64,000 nt of DNA from an uncultured Clostridia bacterium (GTDB taxonomy: Bacteria > Bacillota > Clostridia > Christensenellales > CAG-917), in NCBI GenBank assembly GCA_947382865.1, contig CANDBF010000001.1, positions 9,543 to 73,542 of the forward strand. Direction: 5' to 3'. The notes under the pieces are model-generated. The model was not told the DNA's origin. It saw nothing but the letters and a program-made list of their open reading frames with translations, and did no database searches. Position numbers and translations under genes: made by a program. Below are positions 8,539-17,607 of this stretch, piece by piece. Each line of letters begins with the position of its first letter. The stretch's first letter is position 1.

Positions 8539-10083
8539 TCAGCGCCTGCGCCGTTTCGTTGTCCTCTTTCTCCCGCCGCTCTTGCGACGCGTCACCGCCG
8601 CGGGACGAAGCAGACGTATGTAACCCGTTATATCCGCAATATCGAATGCGGAGATAAATACGAAAAGGAAAAACACCAGAAATACGATGAGCACAACCGT
8701 CGTTACGACGTTGCCGGCAACCTTCGAGAGCAGATTGGACGAGAAAAATCCCAGAAGGGCGAGGGGTATGGAAAAGCCCAGCGTTTTGAGAAATTTTTTG
8801 ACGTCGACAAATTTGCCGACTTCCTTTCTGAGAACGATTATGTTGAGTATGCTTATGAGCGTGAAGCAAAGCGCGGAGGCTATCGCCATTGCGTATACGC
8901 CCGTAACAGACGGCAGAAGAAAAACGCAGGGAATGGTTATCAAGGTGCCGAGCGCGGAGATTATAAAGGTTGCGCGCTCCTTGCCGAGCGAATTGAGCAT
9001 AGGAGTGGTGACCTGCGCGAGCGAAATTGGGAACAGCATCGCGGCGCAGTGCGATACCAGCTCGCCAGCGTGCGCGTCGTTGAAAAACATAGTTCCTATC
9101 TGCCTGCCAAGAGGAAGATATATGACGAAAAACACCGCCGAAACCAGTACGGCAAACGTCATCGCGCTCGATAGTTTTTTGCGTACCGCTTCAAGATTGT
9201 CTTTGGCTTTGAGCTCCGCAACGTCGGGGATGAGGACGACCGAAAGCGAGCTTACAAACATTACTGGCGCCATAATAAGGGGCAGAGCCATACCCGCGAC
9301 GCGCCCGTATTCCGCGGTAGCCGCCGCGATGGTCATTCCGCTTTTTACAAGCATCTGCGGTATTACTATGGCGGTCAGGGACGCGGTCAGAGAGGTGAAT
9401 ATTCTCGTCGCAGAAAGCGGCACCGTACGCGTAATAAGCTCCTTGAAGCCGCGGGGCTTGGTGAATCTTCCGCCCGATATGAAATATAGGATTGCAAGCA
9501 CCAGTACGCAGAGCAAATCCGCTATCGTCATCGCGAGCGCGACGCCCTGCGCGCCGCTTATAAACGAGACCAGACCGCCCGCGAATACGACGGACAGGAC
9601 GATTTTGATAATCTCGTCAAGCAGCTCTGTCGAGGAGAAGGCGAGGAAGTTTTTTCTGCCCCAGAACCAGCTTCTGAACGACGCGTACAGCGTGGACGTT
9701 ATCAGAGTGGGCAGCATTATCAGGAATATGGGCAGACACCTTTCGTCCGAAAAAAGGAAGCCGAGCTTGGAGTGCAGACCGAACATCAGTCCCGTGAGCG
9801 CGGCGGAAATCATAAAGCCCATTATGAGCGAGGCGGTAGCATATGCGTTCTGCCTCTTCGTATCGCCTACGGACGCCGCTTCCGCCACCTTGCGCGACAG
9901 CACGGTAGGAGCGCCCGCAGTGAGAGTAAACAGCAGCATAATGACGCTCATCGCAATCTGATACAGACCTACGACCTCCGCGCCGAGCGCGCGCGACATC
10001 CATATTTTGAATATAAACGACAGCGCCCTTGTAAGGATGGAGAAACCCGTCACTATCGAAAATGATTTGGCTGTTTTATTCAT
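8539..10083 (-). CDS. MOP-superfamily flippase-like membrane protein (SpoVB / polysaccharide biosynthesis protein type)
   Basis: 514 aa and polytopic (about 14 TM). The N-terminus SFSIVTGFSILTRALSFIFKIWMSRALGAEVVGLYQIA is typical of the SpoVB/MurJ-like family, and the C-terminal tail is basic. Confidence 0.7.
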   Translation of the reverse strand: MNKTAKSFSIVTGFSILTRALSFIFKIWMSRALGAEVVGLYQIAMSVIMLLFTLTAGAPTVLSRKVAEAASVGDTKRQNAYATASLIMGFMISAALTGLMFGLHSKLGFLFSDERCLPIFLIMLPTLITSTLYASFRSWFWGRKNFLAFSSTELLDEIIKIVLSVVFAGGLVSFISGAQGVALAMTIADLLCVLVLAILYFISGGRFTKPRGFKELITRTVPLSATRIFTSLTASLTAIVIPQMLVKSGMTIAAATAEYGRVAGMALPLIMAPVMFVSSLSVVLIPDVAELKAKDNLEAVRKKLSSAMTFAVLVSAVFFVIYLPLGRQIGTMFFNDAHAGELVSHCAAMLFPISLAQVTTPMLNSLGKERATFIISALGTLITIPCVFLLPSVTGVYAMAIASALCFTLISILNIIVLRKEVGKFVDVKKFLKTLGFSIPLALLGFFSSNLLSKVAGNVVTTVVLIVFLVFFLFVFISAFDIADITGYIRLLRPAAVTRRKSGGRKRTTKRRRR

Positions 10084-10244
10084 CCGTTAAATTTATGCTC
10101 TGTTTAAGGATTATAGAATTATTCCGTTCCAATCGCTATTCAAGAGACTGTACCGGCGCGTGCAGCCCCATGAACGATTGCACGTCGTTTTCACACTCGT
10201 CCAAGCCAAGTCCAAGCGCATTGGTGCGCAAATAAAATTCCTAT

Positions 10245-10277
10245 AAAAAACTCGCCGTCGTTTGACGGCGAGTTTCG
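10245..10277 (-). terminator. Intrinsic terminator of the 1457-aa surface protein gene
   Basis: The minus strand reads CGAAACTCGCCGTC-aaac-GACGGCGAGTTTTTT. This is a 9-bp GC-rich stem plus a T6 run, about 25 nt after the stop codon. Confidence 0.8.
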
Positions 10278-10302
10278 ATAGTTTACGTTTTAGGGCAGAG
10301 TC

Positions 10303-13300
10303 TTACTCCTTGCCCTCGTCGTACCTGCTGCGCTTCTTATCAAGCATTTCCGTGCTCATAGGAGCGCCGTTTACTTTCTTTGAGACTCTCTTCGCGGTGG
10401 GCTTGACCTTGCGTATTACCAGTACGATAACGACGACGATAATCACGAGACCGATTACGATTGTGGGTATCATCCACCACAGATAGTCGAGGTTGAACTT
10501 GTTTGCGGCAGGAGTCTGGTTGTTGCCTTCTTCATCCTTTTTACCGCTCGTGTCCGCGGCGACCTGTCTTGTGAGTATGTTTTCGCTGTCGGAAGCGACG
10601 GCTTGCTCATAATCTCTTTCTTCCACCTTTTCGATGGACACGTCGTCGAACATGGCGTAGCCGCTCATAAGACCCTTGACGACGCTTTCGCCGTTCTCCT
10701 CAGTCGTGGTGTATCTGCCCAGAGAGAGTTTAAGCGTTACGGACGTGACCTTTTCTTCGAGCGTCTTGACGTAGAACTCATATTTGGTCCATTCGTTGGA
10801 TGCGGGCTCGGTATCGGTGGCGGGCTTTTGAGTGTTGATGCCCTTGAAGATGAGCGCGTTGTTGGTTTCGTTTGCGGAGCCGAGGTACAGCTCGACGTTG
10901 GCGCCGCCGTCCTTGCCTTTGAGTCCGTAGGTGCGCACCCACACGCTGACCTTATAGAAGCTGTCTTCCGCGAGGGTATTGGAAGTGCCCGTATAGATAT
11001 ATCCGCTTTCCGTCGTGTTGTTTATGATGAGCATTCTGTTGCCGCTCTTCGCATATAGCTCGTTTACGGGAATCCAGTTTTCCGTCTTCTTATCGTCGAG
11101 CTTCTTCTGTTTGAGGGCTTCCAGAATTTCGGAATCCGTCGTAAGCTCGGGGAACAGGTTGTTTTCCTTGGCGTCCGTGAGCTCCTGATCGGTGACGGTT
11201 ATATCCTCCAATTTGTATTCCGCGCCGAGTATTCTCGCATAGCTCACTCCGTTTACGACCTCTGTCTCATAGAACTGGCTGTCCGCATAAATTATGCCGC
11301 CCTTGGTGTTGGATGAGGTCTGGTTGGTGTCCGCAGCGCCCGTCCAGTTTTCGGGCTTTACGAGCTCCTGTCTGGATTCCGCAGAAGAGGAGAGCGAGTC
11401 GAAGCTGTCCGTCGTGAAGGAAAGTTTTACGTTTTCTTCGACGTCGGCGTTTGCGTCGTTGTATACGTCTTCGCCGATAGAGGCGAGCACTACGTTGTCG
11501 AAGAACACCTTACCCGATGAGAGCGCTTCGTCTTCTTCCACGTTCATATATTCCGCGTCATAGCCCAGCCACAGATTGAGCTTCACGGATACGGAGGTGT
11601 TGCCAACCTCGATATAGAAGGTGTATCTGGTCCAATCCTTGTCGACTGCGTTGGTTATGGCAAAGTACTTTTGTCCGTCGGACACGCTGGATTCGCCCGT
11701 AAGGAACACCGAAGCCTTGGTGTTGCCGAAGGTCTTGACATATACGCTGAGAGAGTAGTAGGTGTTTGCAGACAGCGAAATGTTGTCTGACGCGAAGCCC
11801 GCCGCATATGATTTCTGTGCGTCCGTGCTGCCGAGCGCGAGCATGTAAGGTCCTGCGAGCGAGTTGAGATAGTCGTCGCCGTATTCGTTGCCGATGTTGT
11901 TGTAGAAGCTGTTGAATACGTCTGCCGAAAGTCCCGTGACCGCCTGCGCCTGCGCGCTTGCGGCAAAGCTGTTCCCAACCTTATCCAGCGCGATAACGCC
12001 CGCGTACAGATTGCTTCCGTTTTTGCCGTTGATGTCGATGGTGTTGTCGTTTATCGTCCAGTTTTCGGGAGTAGCGGCAACGCTCTGATTTTTGAGAGCC
12101 TCGCCCGAACTGAGGTTCTCGTCATCAAGGTCGTAGCCGTCGAAGCTGCCGTTGGTGACAGTGTAGGTGTATGACTTGGAGAGATTGACGGTCTTTGTGT
12201 AGGTGCCGGTGCTCGTGTCGTTGAAGTTTGCGTAGGTGATGGTCGTCATATTCACGTTCGCCACGTACATAGCGCCGTCGGTGAGCGTGGTCGCCCATCT
12301 GTTGCCCGTGCCGAGGGAGAAGCGGAGCGCTACGTTGGTGTTCTTGTCCTCCGCGCCGCGGATGACCACCGTGAGCTCGCACCAGTCGTTGTAGTATTCG
12401 TCGTACTCGAACGTGTTTATCTTTGTGAAGCTGGTAAGCGTTTCGTCCTCGTCGTCTCTGTTGATGAGATATACGTACGCGCCGCTTGCCGAATTGACGT
12501 CCTGCGTCTTGACCCAGAGGGACAGACGGTAGAACTTGTTGGCTTCTATCACGATGTCGTCGGATTCCACCTCGTAGGAGCTGTCGGACGACGCGTGTAT
12601 GGAGTACGCGTTTTTGGATACCGTGTCGTAGGGGAGCTTCGGATATGCGCCCTTGCCGTTGAATACGTCCTCGGACGAGAGATTTACGATGCCCTCGCTG
12701 ATAATTCCGCTTACAACGGGCGTTGTCATATCTTCGATGTCAAACTCGCTCTTCCAGCCTACGGGCGCGCCGAGTCCGAGCTTGCCGTCTGCTCCGAGAT
12801 AATCCGCAACAGAGTTGCCCGTGCCTCTTTCAAATATATCGCCGAGACTGTTTGCGGTCGTCAGATCCACGATGAGAGCGACCTTGTCCGAATCGGTGCA
12901 ATCCAGAGTCTGTTCGTCGTTTGCTCCCGCTATGCTGCTGTCGGCGTTGAGGTCGGGCAGAGCCGCTATCTGCGTGAGCACAAGCTCGTCGATAAATGCC
13001 CATCCGTTGGAGAAGGTGCCGTTGCCGTCATAGCCCGTCGCGTTGAGTACGCTCGTGTCAGACGTGCTCGAACCGGAGTCGAAAGAGTGGTACTTCACCG
13101 AATTGTTGCTCTTTGTGCCCTCAGTGCCCAGCCAGATGGTCATATTGTAGTTGTAATCTCTGTATTGGTTGCCCTTGATATAGAAAGTGTAGGTTTGCCA
13201 TTTGCCCGTCGTGTTTCCGGTGTTTTCGCTCGTGGTATAGCCGCCGTTTGCGGTGTCGATGATCTTGGTGCCGATGAGTACGTCGGGGGTCTTGTCGGCG

Positions 13301-14676
13301 GAAATGCCTTTTATAACGATGTCCTTACCGTCGCTGCCCGAGAGAATGAGCGATACGCCCGCGCCGTGTACGGCGTAGGTATAGATGTCGACGGAAAGCG
13401 CGTAAGTCCTGTTCTTTTCTATCGTGATGGCTCTTGAAGACTTTATGCCCTGAGCGGTCATAAGCTGGCTTGACAGCATAAATACGTTGGAGCCTATTCT
13501 CTTTGAATATCCCTTGATAGAATCCGTTATAGCCCCGAGGCTGTCCGCGGGCGCATATGTCGAATTAGTAGCGCTGTCGGGCTCTCTGGTCTGGAAAGTC
13601 TTTGCGAGCTTGGAATAATTCTCCGCAAATTTGCTCAAATCCACGATTCCGTTATAGACGGGAGAGGTCGGCGCGGGGTCGTCCTTTCCGCTGTTGCCCG
13701 TCACAAACGACCACGAGCTGGGAGAGCCGGAGGTCGAAAGAGAAGTGGAGCCGAAATCGAAATGTCCGTTGGGGACTTTCAGCGTTGCGGTCGTGACCGT
13801 CTTGCCGTCAAGCACTCCGCCGTGATTGAGCTGTGCGTCGTACGCGTTGTCGAACGCTACCTTGCCTTCGATGTCGTCCGTCTGCTTGTCGTCCTCGATT
13901 TTGGTGAGCTCCACGTTATCGAAGAAAGCATAGCCCGTCGTAAGTCCGTTTTCGTAGTAGGACAGACGTTTGCCGAGCCCGAGCATAAGCGTAAGGCTCG
14001 TGGAAGAGGCGGGAGAGGTTTCGATATAAATTTCGTAGGTTTTCCACTCTCCGTTGGTGTTGATGCCGGCAAATTCCGCAAAGGTGTTGGAGCTTACGTA
14101 AATACGCGCGCCGGGGACGTCGCCGTCCTTGCCCGCAATCTTGTAGGTGAGCACGTCGACGGTGAGCTTGTAATAAGAGCTCTTTTGCAGCGAGAAGCTG
14201 GACGAGGTGTAGCCGTAGGCGGTCGGACCGTGTATATCCTTACCGTCCGCGTTTTTGCCCTGCTCGGGCATATAAATCATAAGCGCGTTCTTGATTTTGT
14301 CGGTTTCGCCGTATCTGCCGCCCGCAAGCAGCTTGCTGCGTATTTCGCCGTCGTCGTCGCCCCATTTGGATTTGTTCTCGTTGTAGAGAGCTTCTTCGAG
14401 GCTGATTACGCCCGCCGTGACGTCGTCTCTGTACGTGTCGGAGGAGTATTGCTTGGCGCCCGTCCAGTTGGTCGCGCTGCGGGGATATGTGCTGACGGAC
14501 GTATCCACGACCTTGAAGTCGCCGTTGTTTATCAGCAGACCCTCGGTTGCTTTTATCGTCTTGTCCGCGCCGTCGTCGTCGGAGCTTGCCGGATTGCAGG
14601 CGACGAGTAAGCAGGAGGTGAGTGTGAGAACCACAATCAAAAGTAGAGCCAGTACAGTAAATTTCTTCTTGTTCAT
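10303..14676 (-). CDS. Giant cell-surface protein: lipoprotein signal, five CBM-like beta-sandwich modules, C-terminal TM anchor
   Basis: The signal MNKKKFTVLALLLIVVLTLTSC has a lipobox. Five divergent modules each start with NG.F...W and end with a (G)(Y/W)A(F/M)(F/I)D(N/D/E)V.L..I-type strand. A C-terminal TM WWMIPTIVIGLVIIVVVIVLVI is followed by a basic tail. Confidence 0.6.
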   Translation of the reverse strand: MNKKKFTVLALLLIVVLTLTSCLLVACNPASSDDDGADKTIKATEGLLINNGDFKVVDTSVSTYPRSATNWTGAKQYSSDTYRDDVTAGVISLEEALYNENKSKWGDDDGEIRSKLLAGGRYGETDKIKNALMIYMPEQGKNADGKDIHGPTAYGYTSSSFSLQKSSYYKLTVDVLTYKIAGKDGDVPGARIYVSSNTFAEFAGINTNGEWKTYEIYIETSPASSTSLTLMLGLGKRLSYYENGLTTGYAFFDNVELTKIEDDKQTDDIEGKVAFDNAYDAQLNHGGVLDGKTVTTATLKVPNGHFDFGSTSLSTSGSPSSWSFVTGNSGKDDPAPTSPVYNGIVDLSKFAENYSKLAKTFQTREPDSATNSTYAPADSLGAITDSIKGYSKRIGSNVFMLSSQLMTAQGIKSSRAITIEKNRTYALSVDIYTYAVHGAGVSLILSGSDGKDIVIKGISADKTPDVLIGTKIIDTANGGYTTSENTGNTTGKWQTYTFYIKGNQYRDYNYNMTIWLGTEGTKSNNSVKYHSFDSGSSTSDTSVLNATGYDGNGTFSNGWAFIDELVLTQIAALPDLNADSSIAGANDEQTLDCTDSDKVALIVDLTTANSLGDIFERGTGNSVADYLGADGKLGLGAPVGWKSEFDIEDMTTPVVSGIISEGIVNLSSEDVFNGKGAYPKLPYDTVSKNAYSIHASSDSSYEVESDDIVIEANKFYRLSLWVKTQDVNSASGAYVYLINRDDEDETLTSFTKINTFEYDEYYNDWCELTVVIRGAEDKNTNVALRFSLGTGNRWATTLTDGAMYVANVNMTTITYANFNDTSTGTYTKTVNLSKSYTYTVTNGSFDGYDLDDENLSSGEALKNQSVAATPENWTINDNTIDINGKNGSNLYAGVIALDKVGNSFAASAQAQAVTGLSADVFNSFYNNIGNEYGDDYLNSLAGPYMLALGSTDAQKSYAAGFASDNISLSANTYYSLSVYVKTFGNTKASVFLTGESSVSDGQKYFAITNAVDKDWTRYTFYIEVGNTSVSVKLNLWLGYDAEYMNVEEDEALSSGKVFFDNVVLASIGEDVYNDANADVEENVKLSFTTDSFDSLSSSAESRQELVKPENWTGAADTNQTSSNTKGGIIYADSQFYETEVVNGVSYARILGAEYKLEDITVTDQELTDAKENNLFPELTTDSEILEALKQKKLDDKKTENWIPVNELYAKSGNRMLIINNTTESGYIYTGTSNTLAEDSFYKVSVWVRTYGLKGKDGGANVELYLGSANETNNALIFKGINTQKPATDTEPASNEWTKYEFYVKTLEEKVTSVTLKLSLGRYTTTEENGESVVKGLMSGYAMFDDVSIEKVEERDYEQAVASDSENILTRQVAADTSGKKDEEGNNQTPAANKFNLDYLWWMIPTIVIGLVIIVVVIVLVIRKVKPTAKRVSKKVNGAPMSTEMLDKKRSRYDEGKE

Positions 14677-14980
14677 ACCAAACCTGTATTGATTTATTCG
14701 GACTTTTGCCCGTTTTTGTTTTCCTTATTGCGTACGTGCGCATTGCGCGTGCCGTATAGTATGCTAGATATTCTAATACAAAAACATTTTTTTTGCAATA
14801 GAAATTCATACTTTCACTTAAATTAAAAACACTATTAACGATTTTTAAGCATTTCCTAAATCGGGCGCTCTACGCGAGCCCGCCGCGAAGTGCAGGGAGA
14901 CGGATATGCAACAAACCGTTTATTGTGACAGAGTGATTGTTGACAACGTATACAAATATAACCGCCCGACAGCCAAGAGT

Positions 14981-15340
14981 ATGAAAAAGCGCAGATTGTT
15001 TCTTGCGCTTGCGGGGCTGTTTATCGGCGCCGTCAACGGAATTTTCGGCGCAGGAGGCGGAATGCTCGCCGTGCCCGCGCTCAGCTTTATAGGCGGACTT
15101 GACGACAGAGGGTCGCATGCCACGGCGATTGCGGTGATACTTCCTCTTTGCCTGATAAGCACAATAGTGTATTCGCTCAGAAGCTCTTTCGAGGCGAGCG
15201 TGGTTCTGCCCACGGTTATAGGCGTGTTCGTCGGCGGCATAATAGGCGCGTTGCTGCTTAAAAAACTGTCGGGCGACTTGCTTTGTTTTTTGTTTTACGG
15301 ACTTATGCTGTTTGCGGGCTTGAAGATGATATTTTCTTGA
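14981..15340 (+). CDS. Half-size TauE/SafE (TSUP) family membrane protein, subunit 1
   Basis: MKKRRLFLALAGLFIGAVNGIFGAGGGMLAVPAL matches the TSUP signature, with about 4 TM over 119 aa. I chose the start at 14981; the ORF track starts at 14906. Confidence 0.65.
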   Translation: MKKRRLFLALAGLFIGAVNGIFGAGGGMLAVPALSFIGGLDDRGSHATAIAVILPLCLISTIVYSLRSSFEASVVLPTVIGVFVGGIIGALLLKKLSGDLLCFLFYGLMLFAGLKMIFS

Positions 15341-15374
15341 AAACGCGTATCTAAACGATTGGAATGAGGCATGT

Positions 15375-15761
15375 ATGAAGTTTTTATATTTTATTCTGGC
15401 AGGTATTCTCGGCGGCGTTCTCGCGGGAATGGGAATGGGCGGCGGCACGCTGACTCTCCCTTTGCTTGTGCTTGTAATGGGCGTCGGACAGCTCACCGCG
15501 CAATACGCAAATTTGATTGCTTTTCTTCCGTCTGGGACGGCGGCGCTGTTTTTGCACGTCAAAAACGGACTTGTAAGAAAGGAAAATTTATTCTATTTGC
15601 TGCTTCCCGCGTTCGTCACATGCTCTGTTTCGTCGGTGTTTGCAACGCAGATACAGGGCGATTTGCTGAAAAAGCTGTTCGGCGGATTTTTGTGTATGAT
15701 AGCTATATTTTCGTTGGTCATGAAGGTTTTCGTAACGGGGAAAAAGAGCAAACAAAAATAA
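15375..15761 (+). CDS. Half-size TauE/SafE (TSUP) family membrane protein, subunit 2
   Basis: LAGILGGVLAGMGMGGGTLTLPLLV matches the TSUP signature, with about 4 TM over 128 aa. It has its own GAGG Shine-Dalgarno 8 nt upstream and sits 34 nt after subunit 1. Confidence 0.65.
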   Translation: MKFLYFILAGILGGVLAGMGMGGGTLTLPLLVLVMGVGQLTAQYANLIAFLPSGTAALFLHVKNGLVRKENLFYLLLPAFVTCSVSSVFATQIQGDLLKKLFGGFLCMIAIFSLVMKVFVTGKKSKQK

Positions 15762-15881
15762 AATATTTGCGGACGGCATGCTCGGCAATGGCTTGACCGC
15801 GGCGGGCGCCGCGTTAGCCGAGAGCGAGGGAATACGCGCGCGTCGCTTAATACAGTAATTAAATTTCTTAAAAAAGGGGTA

Positions 15882-15910
15882 TTTACAATCTGTCTTCCGT
15901 AATGTATAAT
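15882..15910 (+). promoter_or_regulatory. Sigma-70-type promoter (TTTACA-17-TATAAT)
   Basis: TTTACA at 15882-15887, a 17-nt spacer, and TATAAT at 15905-15910. It lies about 160 nt upstream of the ppx start. Confidence 0.5.
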
Positions 15911-15951
15911 TTAATCTGTAAAACCGCTCTCGGATTTGAGCATAATAAATG

Positions 15952-15975
15952 AGGAAGCTATGCTTCCTGTTTTGA
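15952..15975 (+). terminator. Terminator-like hairpin in the ppx leader (possible attenuator or short RNA 3' end)
   Basis: AGGAAGC-tat-GCTTCCT is followed by GTTTTGATTATT. It overlaps an 8-codon ORF (ATG 15949, MRKLCFLF*). It is about 40-60 nt downstream of the predicted promoter. Confidence 0.35.
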
Positions 15976-16065
15976 TTATTCGGAACGGTCGTTCGCATTG
16001 CGTCTAAGAGCGCTTTGATTCAAAAAATTATGTTTCCGTTTAGGACGGGGACGTAAAACGGAGAA

Positions 16066-17592
16066 GTGATTATGGAAAAAATCGCAATAATTGATCTCGG
16101 TTCCAACTCCGCGCGTCTTGTGCTTGTAAACGTGCTTGACGGCGGTTATTTCGTGGTATTCGACGAGCTTAAAGAGACCGTTCGTCTCGGACAGGATTTG
16201 GATTGGGACGGCTTCATCAAACCTCAGCGTATAGCGCAGACCATAAAAACGCTCACTATGTTCAGAAGGCTTTGCGACGCCAATCACGTGGATAAAATTT
16301 TCGCCTACGCGACGGCGGCGGTGCGCAGAGCCAAAAATCAGAAGAGCTTCCTCGACGAGGTGGCGATGACGTGCGGCATAAAAATCAAGGTGCTATCCGT
16401 AGAGGAGCAGGCTATGCTCGTCTATCAGGGCGTTATCAACTCTATGGATATCCCCAAGGGGCTCATTATGGAGATGGGCGGAGGCTCGACGAATCTCATC
16501 TACTACAACCGCCGCAACCTTATACATTTCGAGACGCTCCCGTTCGGAGCGGTCACTCTTACGGATTTGTTCAAGGCGGATATCTCCAATCCGCAGGAGC
16601 GGGCGCAGAAGATAGAGGATTTTATCGGCGCGCAGCTTGATAAGGTGTCCTGGCTTGACAGCGTGGAGCCCGATACGGCGTTCGTAGGCGTGGGAGGAAG
16701 TTTCAGAAATCTCGGCAGAATAAGCAGAATGATAACCAAGTATCCTCTGAATATGACTCACAACTACGAGCTGAGCACCGAGAGCTTCGATCATATCTAC
16801 AATACGATAAGGAAGCTCGACCTGGACAGCACGATGAAGATAAAGGGCATTTCCAGCGGAAGGGCGGATATCTTCCCGAGCGCGCTCGCCGTGATGAAAG
16901 CGGTGATAAAGAGGTTCGATTTCCGCAAGATCACGATAAGCGGCTGCGGACTGAGAGAGGGAGCGATGTTCCGTTACGCGGTGCCCACAATCGGCGAAAG
17001 ACCGCTAAGCGACGTGCTTGGACATTCTCTATACACGCAGATGAAGTATTTCGATATCAATATCGGACACGCGGAGCACGTGTACAATATTTCAATTCAG
17101 CTGTTCAAACAGCTCAAAGTGCTGCATAAGATGCCGCGCGCGTACGTCAGAGTGCTCAAAATCGCCGCGCTTTTGCACGACAGCGGGATGAGAATAAAGT
17201 TCTACAACCACCAGTTGCATTCGCAGTACATAATTCTCAACAGCAACCTCTACGGAGTTCCGCACAAGGATATCGTGCTCGCGTCCTTTGTGGCGGTGGG
17301 ACACAGGAATATGGACTTCCCCAAGGAAGAACTGCTCAAATACAAGGATATTATAACCGTGGAGGATATTGAGGCGCTTAGAAAGCTGAGCGTTATTCTG
17401 CGCATAGCCGAGAGCTTCGACAGAAGCCAGAGCAAGGTCGTCACGGGCGTCAACTGCGACGTTCTGGGCGACAGCGTAATCGTAAAGACGGAGACTGAAA
17501 ACGGCGAAGACTGCTCGCTCGAAATAAAAGACGCGATAGGCGCGGCGGCGGATTTCAAGTCCTCATTCGGCAAGAACCTCGAAATACTGTAA
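16066..17592 (+). CDS. ppx: Ppx/GppA family exopolyphosphatase with C-terminal HD-like region
   Basis: IAIIDLGSNSARLVLV, MEMGGGSTNL and FVGVGGSFRNLG are ASKHA phosphate-binding motifs. LLHDSGM lies in the C-terminal half. The ATG at 16072 is an alternative start. Confidence 0.85.
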   Translation: MIMEKIAIIDLGSNSARLVLVNVLDGGYFVVFDELKETVRLGQDLDWDGFIKPQRIAQTIKTLTMFRRLCDANHVDKIFAYATAAVRRAKNQKSFLDEVAMTCGIKIKVLSVEEQAMLVYQGVINSMDIPKGLIMEMGGGSTNLIYYNRRNLIHFETLPFGAVTLTDLFKADISNPQERAQKIEDFIGAQLDKVSWLDSVEPDTAFVGVGGSFRNLGRISRMITKYPLNMTHNYELSTESFDHIYNTIRKLDLDSTMKIKGISSGRADIFPSALAVMKAVIKRFDFRKITISGCGLREGAMFRYAVPTIGERPLSDVLGHSLYTQMKYFDINIGHAEHVYNISIQLFKQLKVLHKMPRAYVRVLKIAALLHDSGMRIKFYNHQLHSQYIILNSNLYGVPHKDIVLASFVAVGHRNMDFPKEELLKYKDIITVEDIEALRKLSVILRIAESFDRSQSKVVTGVNCDVLGDSVIVKTETENGEDCSLEIKDAIGAAADFKSSFGKNLEIL

Positions 17593-17607
17593 AAGCGCCG
17601 CGTACAT

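Noticed and set aside
8687-9961. 424-aa plus-strand ORF.
   Set aside because: It lies entirely antisense to the SpoVB/MOP-type flippase gene, which has clear polytopic membrane character. Its Ser/Thr/Ala/Arg-rich composition is typical of antisense frames in GC-rich DNA.
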